In this document: piece after piece, positions 1-9,212 of the stretch
Layout: every line of letters starts with the position of its first letter
Numbering within the stretch: the stretch's first letter is position 1
NCBI RefSeq assembly: GCF_006345805.1
Contig: NW_021826434.1
Location: forward strand, 1 to 13,072
Length of the DNA stretch: 13,072 nucleotides
Origin: Octopus sinensis
Taxonomy: Eukaryota
Reading direction: 5' to 3'
The notes under the pieces: generated by a model
Seen by the model: the letters and a program-made list of their open reading frames with translations, nothing else
Told to the model about the DNA's origin: nothing
Database searches by the model: none
Translations under genes and position numbers: made by a program

Positions 1-198
1 TGTTTGTCCACTAGTATTGCTTGACAACCGATGCTGGTGTGTTTACGTCCCCGTCACTTAGCGGTTCGGCTAAAGAGACCGATAGAATAAGTACTGGGCT
101 TACAAAGAATAAGTCCCGGGGTCGATTTGCTCGACTAAAGGCGGTGCTCCAGCATGGCCGCAGTCAAATGGCTGAAACAAGTAAAAGAGTAAAGAGTA
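1..198 (+). mobile_element. SINE family A, 3' half (runs off the window start)
   Basis: Same sequence as the reverse complements of 564-760 and 989-1180 (e.g. AAAGAATAAGTCC..GGGGTCGATTTGCTCGACTAAAGGCGGTGCTCCAGCATGGCCGCAGTCAAATG). Ends in a short tandem tail GTAAAAGAGTAAAGAGT. Octopus SINE assignment is from memory. Confidence 0.85.
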
Positions 199-367
199 TA
201 CCTTGATGCTATATAAACTGAGATCCCCGTTGACAGGTCGCTGATATTAAATAAAGTGCTAAGCATTTACCGTATGCAAATCAGTAGCCGCAGTTTTCTG
301 TAGCTAACGGGTGTGTTGAGTATATAAACAGATCGACTGCTCGCTCCATTAGGATTCTTCAGATTCC

Positions 368-423
368 AAGAAACATCTGAGGAGGACCCGATAAGGTTCG
401 AAATATAGATCAAGGTTATTCTT
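368..423 (+). ncRNA. Minimal type I hammerhead ribozyme motif (family 1), probably in a PLE pseudo-LTR fragment spanning ~201-460
   Basis: CTGAGGA (377-383), stem II GGACC/GGTTC with loop CGATAA (384-399), GAAA (400-403), 2-bp stem III A403-T410/T404-A409, AUC triplet (409-411). Stem I is imperfect: AAGAA 368-372 pairs with TTCTT 419-423. TATATAAA boxes lie upstream at 210-217 and 321-328. Confidence 0.55.
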
Positions 424-460
424 ATTTTCGTTTCCATTTGCCCTATTTATATAGCTACTA

Positions 461-987
461 CAGTGGTTCCCAACCTGGCGTCCGCGGTTCCCTGGTGTTC
501 TGCACATATAGGACTGGGGGTTCGTGAACGAAATTCAAAATTTCACATATACATATATGTATACTCTTTTACTTGTTTCAGTCATTTGACCGTGGCCATA
601 CTGGAGCACCGCCTTTAGTCGAGCGAATCGACACCAGGACTTATTCTTTGTAAGCCTAGTACTAATTCTATCGGTCTCTTTTTTCCGAACCGCTAAGCTA
701 CGGGGACGTAAACACACTAGCATCGGTTGCCAAGCAATGTTGGGGGAGGGGACAAACACAGACACACAAACATATACTCACTTATATATATACTATATAC
801 GTCGGGCTTCTTTCAGTTTCTGTCCACCAAATCCACTCACAAGACTTTGTTCGGCCCGAGGCAATTGTAGAAGACACTTGCCTAAAGTGCCACGCAGTGA
901 GACTGAACCCGGAATGTATATATAAATAGGCAAATTAAAAGGGGTCAGCGGGAAAACTCGTTTAAATAAAAGGTTGGGGAACCACTG
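461..987. mobile_element. hAT-type MITE interrupted by a SINE
   Basis: TIRs CAGTGGTTCCCAACCT (461-476) and AGGTTGGGGAACCACTG (971-987; one extra base). Flanking 8-mers AGCTACTA and ATTTACTC match at 5/8 with a central TA, consistent with a decayed 8-bp hAT TSD. Confidence 0.75.
564..913 (-). mobile_element. SINE family A, near full length, 5'-truncated within the tRNA-derived head
   Basis: Minus strand reads: B-box remnant GGGTTCAGTCTC, core CACTTTAGGCAAGTGTCTTCTAC...GTGAGTGGATTTGGTGGACAGAAACTGAAAGAAGCCCGAC, internal TA/TG microsatellite, then the 3' half homologous to 1-198. Flanked by a 7-bp direct repeat ATGTATA (557-563, 914-920), a candidate TSD. Confidence 0.85.
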
Positions 988-988
988 A

Positions 989-1180
989 TTTACTCTTTTA
1001 TTTGTTTCCTTCATTTGACCGCCGCCAAGCTGGAGCACCGTCTTTAGTCGAACAGATCGACCCTAGGACTTATTCTTTGTAACCCTAGTACTTTTTCAAT
1101 CAGTCTCTTTTACCGATCCGCTAAGGTACGGGGACATAATCACATAAACATTGGTTGTCAAACGATGGTGGGAGGACAAA
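989..1180 (-). mobile_element. SINE family A, 3' half, more diverged
   Basis: Collinear with 564-760; tail TTTACTCTTTTATTTG abuts the MITE TIR. Confidence 0.8.
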
Positions 1181-1371
1181 TCGTTAGCACACCGGGCGAA
1201 ATACTTTGCTGTATTTCGTTTGTCTTACGTTCTGAGTTCAAATTCCGCTGAGGTCGGCTTTGCCTTTCATCCTTTCGGGGTTCGATAAATTATGTACCAG
1301 TTGCGTACTGGTGTCATTGTAATCGACTAGCCCCCTCCCCCAAAATTTCGGACCTTGTTCCTAGAGTAGAA
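1181..1371 (+). mobile_element. SINE family B (tRNA-derived), 5'-truncated
   Basis: B-box-like GAGTTCAAATTCC and central TTTGCCTTTCATCCTTTCGGGGTTCGATAAATTATGTACCAG, which resembles the Nin/Deu-type SINE domain (from memory). Homologous to 11039-11241. Confidence 0.75.
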
Positions 1372-1809
1372 TATAATATATAATACACACACACACACAT
1401 ACATGCACTCGTTATATGTAACGTGGTGGATTTAATCGAGGAATCTTTTCAAGACAGTGATCAAGCTAAAGTGATTGACATGATCCATGCAATAAAAAAA
1501 TACAAACTTTCATCTAAGGATTTTCAAAATCGAAAAAAGAAAAAAAAAAATCCAAGAACTGAATTTTTAATTTTAAGCATCCTCAGAGTAGGGCGTGCTT
1601 TCTCTGCTTTTAGTAGTGCAGAATATCATGTAGCCATAGCTTTCAGATCGAAAGTGCGTTTACTATGCATAATGATCCCGAGAGGTATTACGGCTCAGCC
1701 CTATTATCGATGCACGCACACGTACACACTCAAACACCCACGCCTACACACACAACACACACACACACATATAAACACATAGACGTATTTATGTACGTAT
1801 GTGGAAATA

Positions 1810-2023
1810 TAGGGTGGCCCAACAGTAGGTTCACAGTTATTCCACTATCCCTTTCGCATTCATATATTAACAGTTTAAATCTTAATTATAAAAAAAAATA
1901 TGAAACCATTATTCTATGCTAATTAAATTAATTGTGAGATAAAAATTTAAATGTAATGAAATGTTTTAAAAGAAATTCAAAGTGCCTATGTGATAACTGT
2001 AAACCTACATTTGAGCCACACTG
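1810..2023. mobile_element. Tc1/mariner-type MITE (214 bp)
   Basis: 31-bp imperfect TIRs at 1810-1840 and 1993-2023 match at 25/31 (TAGGGTGGCCCAACAGTAGGTTCACAGTTAT vs CAGTGTGGCTCAAATGTAGGTTTACAGTTAT). TA dinucleotides at 1808-1809 and 2024-2025. AT-rich non-coding interior. Confidence 0.8.
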
Positions 2024-2154
2024 TATAGATATGGATATTGATAGACTGATTGATCAGTCTATATGACTATATGTGTGTGTATCTATACATGCACATACGT
2101 ATATATATATATATTATATATTATATATTATATATATATTATATATATTATATT

Positions 2155-2402
2155 AATGCGCCCTTTTAAGCCTAGCCAGGCTCATGGGCCCGGTTTCCCG
2201 GCTTCAATGGTGTATGTGTTCCCCAGCTGGAGGGGATGCCCGTCCATCGCAGCGGTTAATCATTTTTGCCAGCTGAATGGACTGGAGCAACGTGAAATGA
2301 AGTGTTTTGCTCAAGAACACAACGCGTTGCCTGGTCCAGGAATCGAAACCAAAATCTTACGATCATGGTGCTGACACCCTAACCACTAAGCTACGCACCT
2401 CC
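2155..2402 (-). mobile_element. SINE family C, full length, tRNA-derived (MetaSINE/V-SINE-like centre)
   Basis: Minus strand has A box TAGCTTAGTGG (2383-2393) and B box GGTTTCGATTCC (2339-2350), then GTGTTCTTGAGCAAAACACTT and CTGCGATGGACGGGCATCCCCTCCAG, resembling the Meta/V central domains (from memory). The 3' end runs into an AT microsatellite. Confidence 0.8.
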
Positions 2403-2445
2403 ACTATATATATATACAGAGATTGTCGGAAGCGACACCTACTGG

Positions 2446-2501
2446 CTGGCTACGCTGCATTGAAAAGGGGCAATACCCCGAAACGCGTCTGTAGCTGCCG
2501 G
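2446..2501 (+). ncRNA. Minimal type I hammerhead ribozyme motif (family 2) with a U3-A8 core variant, in a PLE-like fragment spanning ~2417-2655
   Basis: Stem I GCTGCA (2454-2459)/TGTAGC (2490-2495), extended by CTGGC (2446-2450)/GCCGG (2497-2501). Core TTGAAAA (2460-2466). Stem II GGGG/CCCC with loop CAATA. GAAA (2480-2483). Palindromic stem III ACGCGT. GUC cleavage triplet (2487-2489). Confidence 0.7.
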
Positions 2502-2814
2502 TCAAGTAGTGTGGAGCGACTGACCTCCCTTGTTCGAAGGTTATATGGATACAGTTTGTGTATCAAATAGCTAACTTAAGGCGATGGCCTCATGGAGCTA
2601 ATAAGCGGACAGCTTTTTTCTTATTTTATAAGAATGCCATATTAGTATGGCGATAACTATATATATATATATATAATGTATATATATATATATGTATTAT
2701 ATATATATATATATACATAATAATGAAGGGTGAAATTAATTAATTTGGAATAATTATCAATTACACCAAGTAGTCTTCGGCATGTAAAAGCCTCATTCGA
2801 GGAGAATTTAAGTA

Positions 2815-2993
2815 ATACTAAGCAATAAAGGGTTTAGCAACGAATTGCCTTACCACATACCGAATTTAGAAATAGCAGTCAAAGAGTTATAGCTATTTCT
2901 TCTACTAAAAAGAAGCTATAACTCTTTGACTGCTATTTCTAAATTCGGTATGTGGTAAGGCAATTCGTTGCTAAACCCTTTATTGCTTAGTAT
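2815..2993. repeat. Perfect 80-bp inverted repeat with a 19-nt spacer, at the end of a ~275-bp unit (2717-2993) embedded in (TA)n
   Basis: 2815-2894 is the exact reverse complement of 2914-2993; spacer ATTTCTTCTACTAAAAAGA; (TA)n on both sides of the unit. Confidence 0.95.
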
Positions 2994-3497
2994 ATATATA
3001 TACATATATATATAGTATAATATAATATAGAATATATATATATACAATATAATATAATATGTATATTTATATGCATATACATATGAGACGCGTTTGAGTG
3101 TAAATGTCATACTGTTATATTTATGCGTGTTATATGTATGAGTGCGAGTGTTTGTGTATGTGTGTGTGTGTGTATGTTTCTCTGTGTGTTTGTATGTGTG
3201 TGTGTGTGTGTGTGTGTTTGTTTGTGTGTGCACAGCTAGAGGGACAGAAGGAGGGAATTAGGACAGGAAAAAAATGCAAAGAATGGAAGAAGAGAGAACA
3301 GCAGTTGGGGTGATAGACAGATGGAATAATCGATTGACAGATATGATGACTGATCGATCATCAACCAAGCATTGACGAATATGCATACATTCGTGCACGC
3401 ACACGCACACACATACACACATGTATGGATCCCATTCCTTCATCTACTTTCCCTCTCCCTTCCTTCCGTTTTCCTTTTCATATGTAGAAATATATGC

Positions 3498-3550
<53 letters not shown>

Positions 3551-3800
3551 TATATAGTATATATATATACGCACATACACACACACACATATATATATAT
3601 GTGCTGAAACACTCCTGTTACAACCTGGGACCTCGAAGACTGCTATAACGCAAGAAAGTATACTAGTCCCTTAATATTTAATATTCAATATTTCATCTAT
3701 TCAATAAGACAATCAATACTTCATTTCATTTTACTATATATATTATTTATACTATATATTCTATATTCTACATTAATATTATAAACAATATAAATAAAAC

Positions 3801-3892
3801 ATAAAAAGCAGACAGAGTTGAAATTTCTTTGAATAATATATATTTATATATATATATTATTATAAGAAATTTCAACTCTGTCTGCTTTTTAT
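3801..3892. repeat. Fold-back: perfect 29-bp arms around an AT-rich core
   Basis: ATAAAAAGCAGACAGAGTTGAAATTTCTT (3801-3829) is the reverse complement of 3864-3892. A further 11 bp pair (3832-3842 with 3851-3861). (TA)n follows. Confidence 0.9.
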
Positions 3893-3937
3893 ATATATAT
3901 ATGGGTGGATGTGTGGAGGGGGTATATTTTTCTCTGA

Positions 3938-4183
3938 TGTGGCTGCGTGGTAAGAAGTTTGCTTTTTTAACCACATGACTCTGAGTTTAGTCCAAGTGTA
4001 TGTTTGTACCTCACAATCGCATTTCAATCGATGCTGGTTGGTTTAAGTGCACGGAACTCAAAAGTGCTACAGATTAAGTACCAGGCTTCAAGAAAGTAAG
4101 TACTGGGCTCGATTCGTTCGACTAAAATTCCTCAGTGTGTTTGTCCCAGCATGACCGCACTTAACGAATAAAATAAGTAAAAT
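3938..4183 (+). mobile_element. Old SINE family A-related copy with an internal deletion
   Basis: A box TGGCTGCGTGG (3940-3950) and a degenerate head are joined almost directly to a diverged 3' half (ATCGATGCTGG...AAGTACTGGGCTCGATTCGTTCGACTAAAA...CCCAGCATGACCGCA). The core and internal microsatellite are missing. Confidence 0.65.
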
Positions 4184-4680
4184 ATATGTGTGTGTTTATA
4201 TATAAAAAATATCATATATATATATATACATACATACATATATATACATATATATATATAATATATATACATACATACATACATACATACATACATACAT
4301 ACATACATAGTAGATATATTTATGCTTACACGCACGCAGACATCAATCGCATAAAACAAAAGCCAAATATTTCGTCTATATTTACCACGTTGTGCTTTTA
4401 CCTCTAGCTCGTTTTTGTCGTTACCTCTTTTTTTTTCTTTTTGCTACACAATATAATACATGTAGAATTTCAGTACTGTGTGGATGGATGGTCAGCTTCT
4501 ATTTCTAGCATGTCAAACGACCCTCAAGCGATTCCTCACTACGTTTTTGCTTATTTCCCTCAGATTAGGTAAGTTGATGTATTTGGGGATGGTCATGTTG
4601 TTAGTTTAACCAATGAAAGCACACGCACTATACACTTGGAGTTTATTGGCTTCATCTTTATTTTATATTTATTGTATTAC

Positions 4681-4724
4681 GGCCAGAGTTTTTTCGTCAC
4701 CTTTCTGTGGCCATTTCAGTGGCC
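4681..4724 (-). ncRNA. Hammerhead motif (family 3), degenerate core
   Basis: Minus strand reads GGCCA-CTGAAAT-GGCCAC-AGAAAG-GTGAC-GAAA-AAACTC-TGGCC. Stem I is a perfect 5 bp, but the core deviates from CUGANGA, so it is probably inactive. Confidence 0.6.
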
Positions 4725-5108
4725 CTTTGCGTTTTCTTTTCTTCTTTTTTTTTATCTCACCTTACTAACGACCTGACATTTTATATTCCTCTTATATGTG
4801 TCTTTATTTGCGCATGCGTATATGCCTGTGTGTCTTTATTTGTGCATGCGTATATCACTGTATGTGTCTAGGTTTAGTAAATGTGTGTGTGGGAATGTGT
4901 ATGGTACCTGCATTATCAGTATCCCCTGTTTATTCACGTTCGTTTAATTTACTTCTTTTTATTTTATTTATTTGTTTTTATTTACTTACTTTTTCATTTC
5001 TGTCTTTTTTTCTATTCATTTAATTTAATATATTTTATTTTGTTTATGTTTATAATTATTTCATTCGATTTATTTACATGTGTATTGTAATAGTTTCATA
5101 TTATTAGT

Positions 5109-5775
5109 TTATGGGGATCTTATTCTGTCATAGGTTGTGGTGTGTTGGGTATGTGTGCTAGTGTTCCATTCTAGTTTTCTATTTAGGGCTAGATTTATCT
5201 TCTATTATGTTTGTAGCTTCTGTAATTTGTCTAAGCGTTGCGTCGGTTCTATGTGTGGACAAGATTTTAGCTTCTATGCTGTTGAGTGAGCTCCTGTGTT
5301 CTCGCTCCGTGTGCTGGTATAGAACCGATGTGCTCTTCTCTTCCTTAAGTTCCCTCTAATACTCATTTACCCGCTCTCTTATGCTCCGTGTTGTCTCCTC
5401 TGTGTACGTCGTTGTCTTGTTTCTGCACCTTCCCCAGTACATCTTATACTATAGACTACATTTATAGCTTTATAGATTGTCTGTGGGCTAAATCTACATA
5501 CAATAAAGTTCCTGTCAGTACAAGGGTTCTACTAAATGGGTAGATTCTATCGATTAGGGATTTGATAGTTTTACCTGGCCTTTCTACAACGTTAATTCTT
5601 AACTCAAGCTTGTCTAGGCTCCTTCTAAAGTGGTACACCAGTTCGCCTCTAGGGGTGGTATCGACGAAAATGACAATTTGGTATTTGTGGCTATCATACC
5701 ATGAATTGGCCTTCTCTATTTTCTTCTTAGTCCTTTCAATGGTATTCCATGACTTGAAACCAATAATAAGTATAA
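5109..5775 (-). pseudogene. Disrupted PLE ORF: RT thumb/linker plus GIY-YIG endonuclease
   Basis: Translation across frameshifts near 5525, 5405 and 5190 and a stop near 5357: WNTIERTKKKIEKANSWYDSHKYQIVIFVDTTPRGELVYHFRRSLDKLELRINVVERPGKTIKSLIDRIYPFSRT / CTDRNFIVCRFSPQTIYKAINVVYSIRC... / TYTEETTRSIRERVNEY*RELKEEKSTSVLYQHTEREH...KILSTHRTDATLRQITEATNIIEDK / LNRKLEW. This matches the PLE pattern VVYxIxC...YxGETxR...RxxEH...RxIxEA..I.....LN. Confidence 0.85.
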
Positions 5776-5809
5776 TAAATTCATGATACATAATACATGC
5801 CACGTAGAG

Positions 5810-6068
5810 CAGTGCTACGCCGGTACGCGGCGAGTGTCCAGAAAAAAAAAGAAACAATAGCATAGTTTCAGTAATTTCGCCTTATGCACTGCAGTAAACA
5901 ACTTATCAGCTGGTCAGTGGAGCGTGTTACTCACCAACCTTTATCATATTCATTATATATATATATTGTTTCCGGTATAAATTAATATTACTAAGAATTA
6001 TTACCGGCCCCTTGCACAATGGAAAAAAAACTGCCGGTATGTTACATCAGATAGTTTGAGAAGCACTG
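5810..6068. mobile_element. Probable old hAT-type MITE
   Basis: Right end TTGAGAAGCACTG (6056-6068; reverse complement CAGTGCTTCTCAA). The left end matches only CAGTGCT (5810-5816). The motif CCGGTA/TACCGG occurs four times (~5820, 5972, 6002, 6034). Both flanking 8-mers have a central TA but otherwise differ. Confidence 0.45.
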
Positions 6069-6163
6069 CTGTATATAACATGTGGAGAATCTCCTAAATT
6101 GTGACTCTTCAATCAAAGATTCACATATAGTATATTTATATATCTATATACATATTCTATTTA

Positions 6164-6510
6164 CACCTTCTCCTCGACCTACGACCGAGATCCGTTCCGA
6201 CAAACAGGTTGTAAGTCGATCAGGTCGTATGTGGTAAACGTCGTATGTTGAATTTATGATTTTTCGACACTATATTCATTCAAACACAACTGATGCTTAA
6301 AAGCAACTTAGTGAGAGACAAAGACGAGCAGTGGATCCTTAGATCTGAGGGAGGCCATAGTTATCAGATACTGTCATAGTTGTCATAGTACGCGTAGCAG
6401 CCCAGCGTCCGAAAATCGATTTTTTATTTATAATTTAAAAAAAAAAATGTTTTGTGGTCGTAAGTGCGGATGGTCCTAAGTCAGTCACATTGGTCGTAGT
6501 CGAGAAGGTG
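6164..6510. mobile_element. MITE-like element, superfamily unassigned
   Basis: Imperfect TIRs CACCTTCTC(CT)CGAC(C)TACGACC (6164-6186) and GGTCGTAGTCGAGAAGGTG (6492-6510). TA on the left, TG on the right. GTCGTA/TACGAC repeats at 6180, 6224, 6240, 6457 and 6493. Confidence 0.6.
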
Positions 6511-6661
6511 TGTGCATAGTTCCAGTGTGAGCGCGCAAGTACACACACGCGCATGCAATACACACATACATATATACATACATGCATATATACAAGCATA
6601 CATGCATGCGCACATACATATATACTTACGTACGTACGTACATACATACATACATACTACT

Positions 6662-6925
6662 TTTTTCCAAAGAATCTAGTGCTATTAGCTTAGATTTCCT
6701 TTGGGCCAGCCAGATTTGAGTAGTCTCGAGTGTAACCAGCCGAAACTGCAGGGACGATCTGGAACTCGTCTGACGATAGAAAGCTCCGAATGTTTTTCCC
6801 TGTCCTTCTTTGTATCGTCTAACTGTCCGGATGTTATTTGGTGTCACCTGTTACGTTCTTGTGCCACTTTTTTTCTATATATACATATAGCGGCGTACGT
6901 ACACTTTTGTTCTCCTGTATGTTAG
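6662..6925. repeat. Interspersed repeat family D, truncated copy
   Basis: 6662-6870 is collinear with 8316-8535 (CCAAAGAATCTA.TGCT.TTAGCTTAGATT...CCAGATTTGAG...GAAACTGCAGGGACGATC...CTGACGATAGAAAGCTCCGAATG...CTTCTTTGTATCGTCTAACTGTCCGGAT). Bounded by microsatellites. Confidence 0.8.
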
Positions 6926-6946
6926 TAAATATATATATATATATAT

Positions 6947-7164
6947 ATTAGAGAAAAACCACTATTATGTAATTCAAGCAATGATAGACGTAAATAAACA
7001 GTATATATTACATATTATTTATTATATAAATATATTATTTATTATTATTTACTTTATTGTGATCTAGATAAATGTTTTATCATATATTTTATTTTAATTT
7101 TTTCTATATGGTGTGATTTACGTCTATCATTGTTTGAATTACATAATAGTGTTTTTTCTCTAAT
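6947..7164. mobile_element. 218-bp fold-back/MITE-like element inserted in (TA)n
   Basis: 49-bp arms at 6947-6995 and 7116-7164 match at 47/49, around a 120-bp very AT-rich spacer; (TA)n on both sides. Confidence 0.8.
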
Positions 7165-7168
7165 TTAT

Positions 7169-7219
<51 letters not shown>

Positions 7220-7262
7220 TATATAATATATACCTCATATATATAAATATATATATATATAT

Positions 7263-7652
7263 ATATGAGCAAAACGCTCCCCCGTCCAATGGATGGTGCT
7301 GAGTTGTCAAACATTTAAACCAAATTTTCTCAAAACAACTAGTCCGACATCCCATTTTGTGGCATTATTTCAAACCAGCTGGCTTTTTTGCGCGAACTGC
7401 ACGTGCAATTTTCTCGCTTGCGCGTAGTATGGATCGCAACAGCTGATGTACTTGCGCGTACAAATGCACGTTCCCACGGTTTTATCGATCGCATTCTCAT
7501 CTGAAATTGATTTTTGTAATTTTCTCAAGACTTATACACGCTCTGATACCGTCGGTATCTACATATTAAATTTGAACGCAATAGGATGGAGGATGCCCGA
7601 GAACCTAGAAGACACACAGACAGACAGAACGGATTTTATATAGTATATATAT
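7263..7652 (+). mobile_element. CpG-rich element, possibly a non-autonomous Helitron/Helentron-like repeat
   Basis: Sits between two (TA)n tracts. Ends in CACACAGACAGACAGAACGGATTTTATATAG, resembling the (GACA)n-containing ends of invertebrate Helitron-derived repeats (from memory). Contains several palindromes. No hallmark terminal hairpin was confirmed. Confidence 0.3.
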
Positions 7653-7727
7653 ATATATATATATTGGGAAATTTGATTAAATAGTAAATTGAATTTTTTC
7701 CTGTAAGTTTGGATTTATACTCCCTAA

Positions 7728-8546
<819 letters not shown>

Positions 8547-8547
8547 C

Positions 8548-8601
<54 letters not shown>

Positions 8602-9009
8602 TAATGTATGTATGTATGTATGTATGTATGTATGTATGTATGTATGTATACACATACAAACACACACACACACGGAAATGCATATCGTGTGTATATGTGT
8701 GTTTGCGTGTGACTTCGTAATATGCTTCTCTAGCTTACACGTTGTTATAAAAGGTCTGTTTCAACTCGAATGATGTTCTTTCGGTAGCGCGTGACGTATT
8801 CTATACATCTAAAACGCTTTGCTCTCCATGGACTAAGAATTGGTGATTATTTGTGAAGACCGTTTATTCAGATGTTCTGCGGTGAGTGATATACATTTAG
8901 CCCAGCTTCTCTCTAGAGCTGTAAATTCAAAGAATCTTGGCGCTATAAGTGATAAAAGATACACATTTGTATCTGCAATTCTATTAAGTACTTTATATAT
9001 AGTATGTAC

Positions 9010-9085
9010 ATAAATATATATACACACATGATATATAGTATATATACATATATATATATATATAATGTATATTCATGAGTGTATG

Positions 9086-9127
<42 letters not shown>

Positions 9128-9132
9128 TATAC

Positions 9133-9212
<80 letters not shown>

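Larger units (their letters stand above)
4490..5775 (-). mobile_element. Penelope-like element, 5'-truncated copy 1 (RT C-terminus, GIY-YIG endonuclease, 3' pLTR with hammerhead motif)
   Basis: Coding remnant at 5109-5775. The 3' region 4574-5240 is collinear with 11659-12318. Hammerhead motif at 4681-4724. The left boundary (4490-4573) is uncertain. Confidence 0.85.

Noticed and set aside
1423-1922. 119-aa and 85-aa ORFs, plus a possible exon near 1622-1684
   Set aside because: No recognisable domain; the ORFs include an A-run and a (CA)n tract; the splice signals are weak.
2339-2402. tRNA-like sequence, also at 3938-3995 and 10840-10924
   Set aside because: These are SINE heads with A/B boxes; there is no full cloverleaf or acceptor stem and they continue into SINE bodies.
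2770-2801. Minus-strand CGAATGA-GGC-TTTTACAT-GCC-GAAG hammerhead-like pattern
   Set aside because: Both core strands deviate and no stem I is evident.
2916-4407. Many His/Thr/Tyr/Ile/Val/Cys-rich short ORFs here and elsewhere
   Set aside because: Translations of (CA)n, (TG)n, (TA)n and (TACA)n tracts.
4545-4575. TTCCCTCAG|ATTAG|GTAAGT 5-nt microexon-like signal; similar 10-nt case at 8871-8880
   Set aside because: The first lies antisense within a repeat end. Neither has supporting evidence, and such matches are expected by chance.
6770-6792. CTGACGA...CCGAAT hammerhead-like core, also at 8425-8446
   Set aside because: GAAT instead of GAAA, no stem I or stem III, and no valid NUH site. An HDV-like fold could not be built either.
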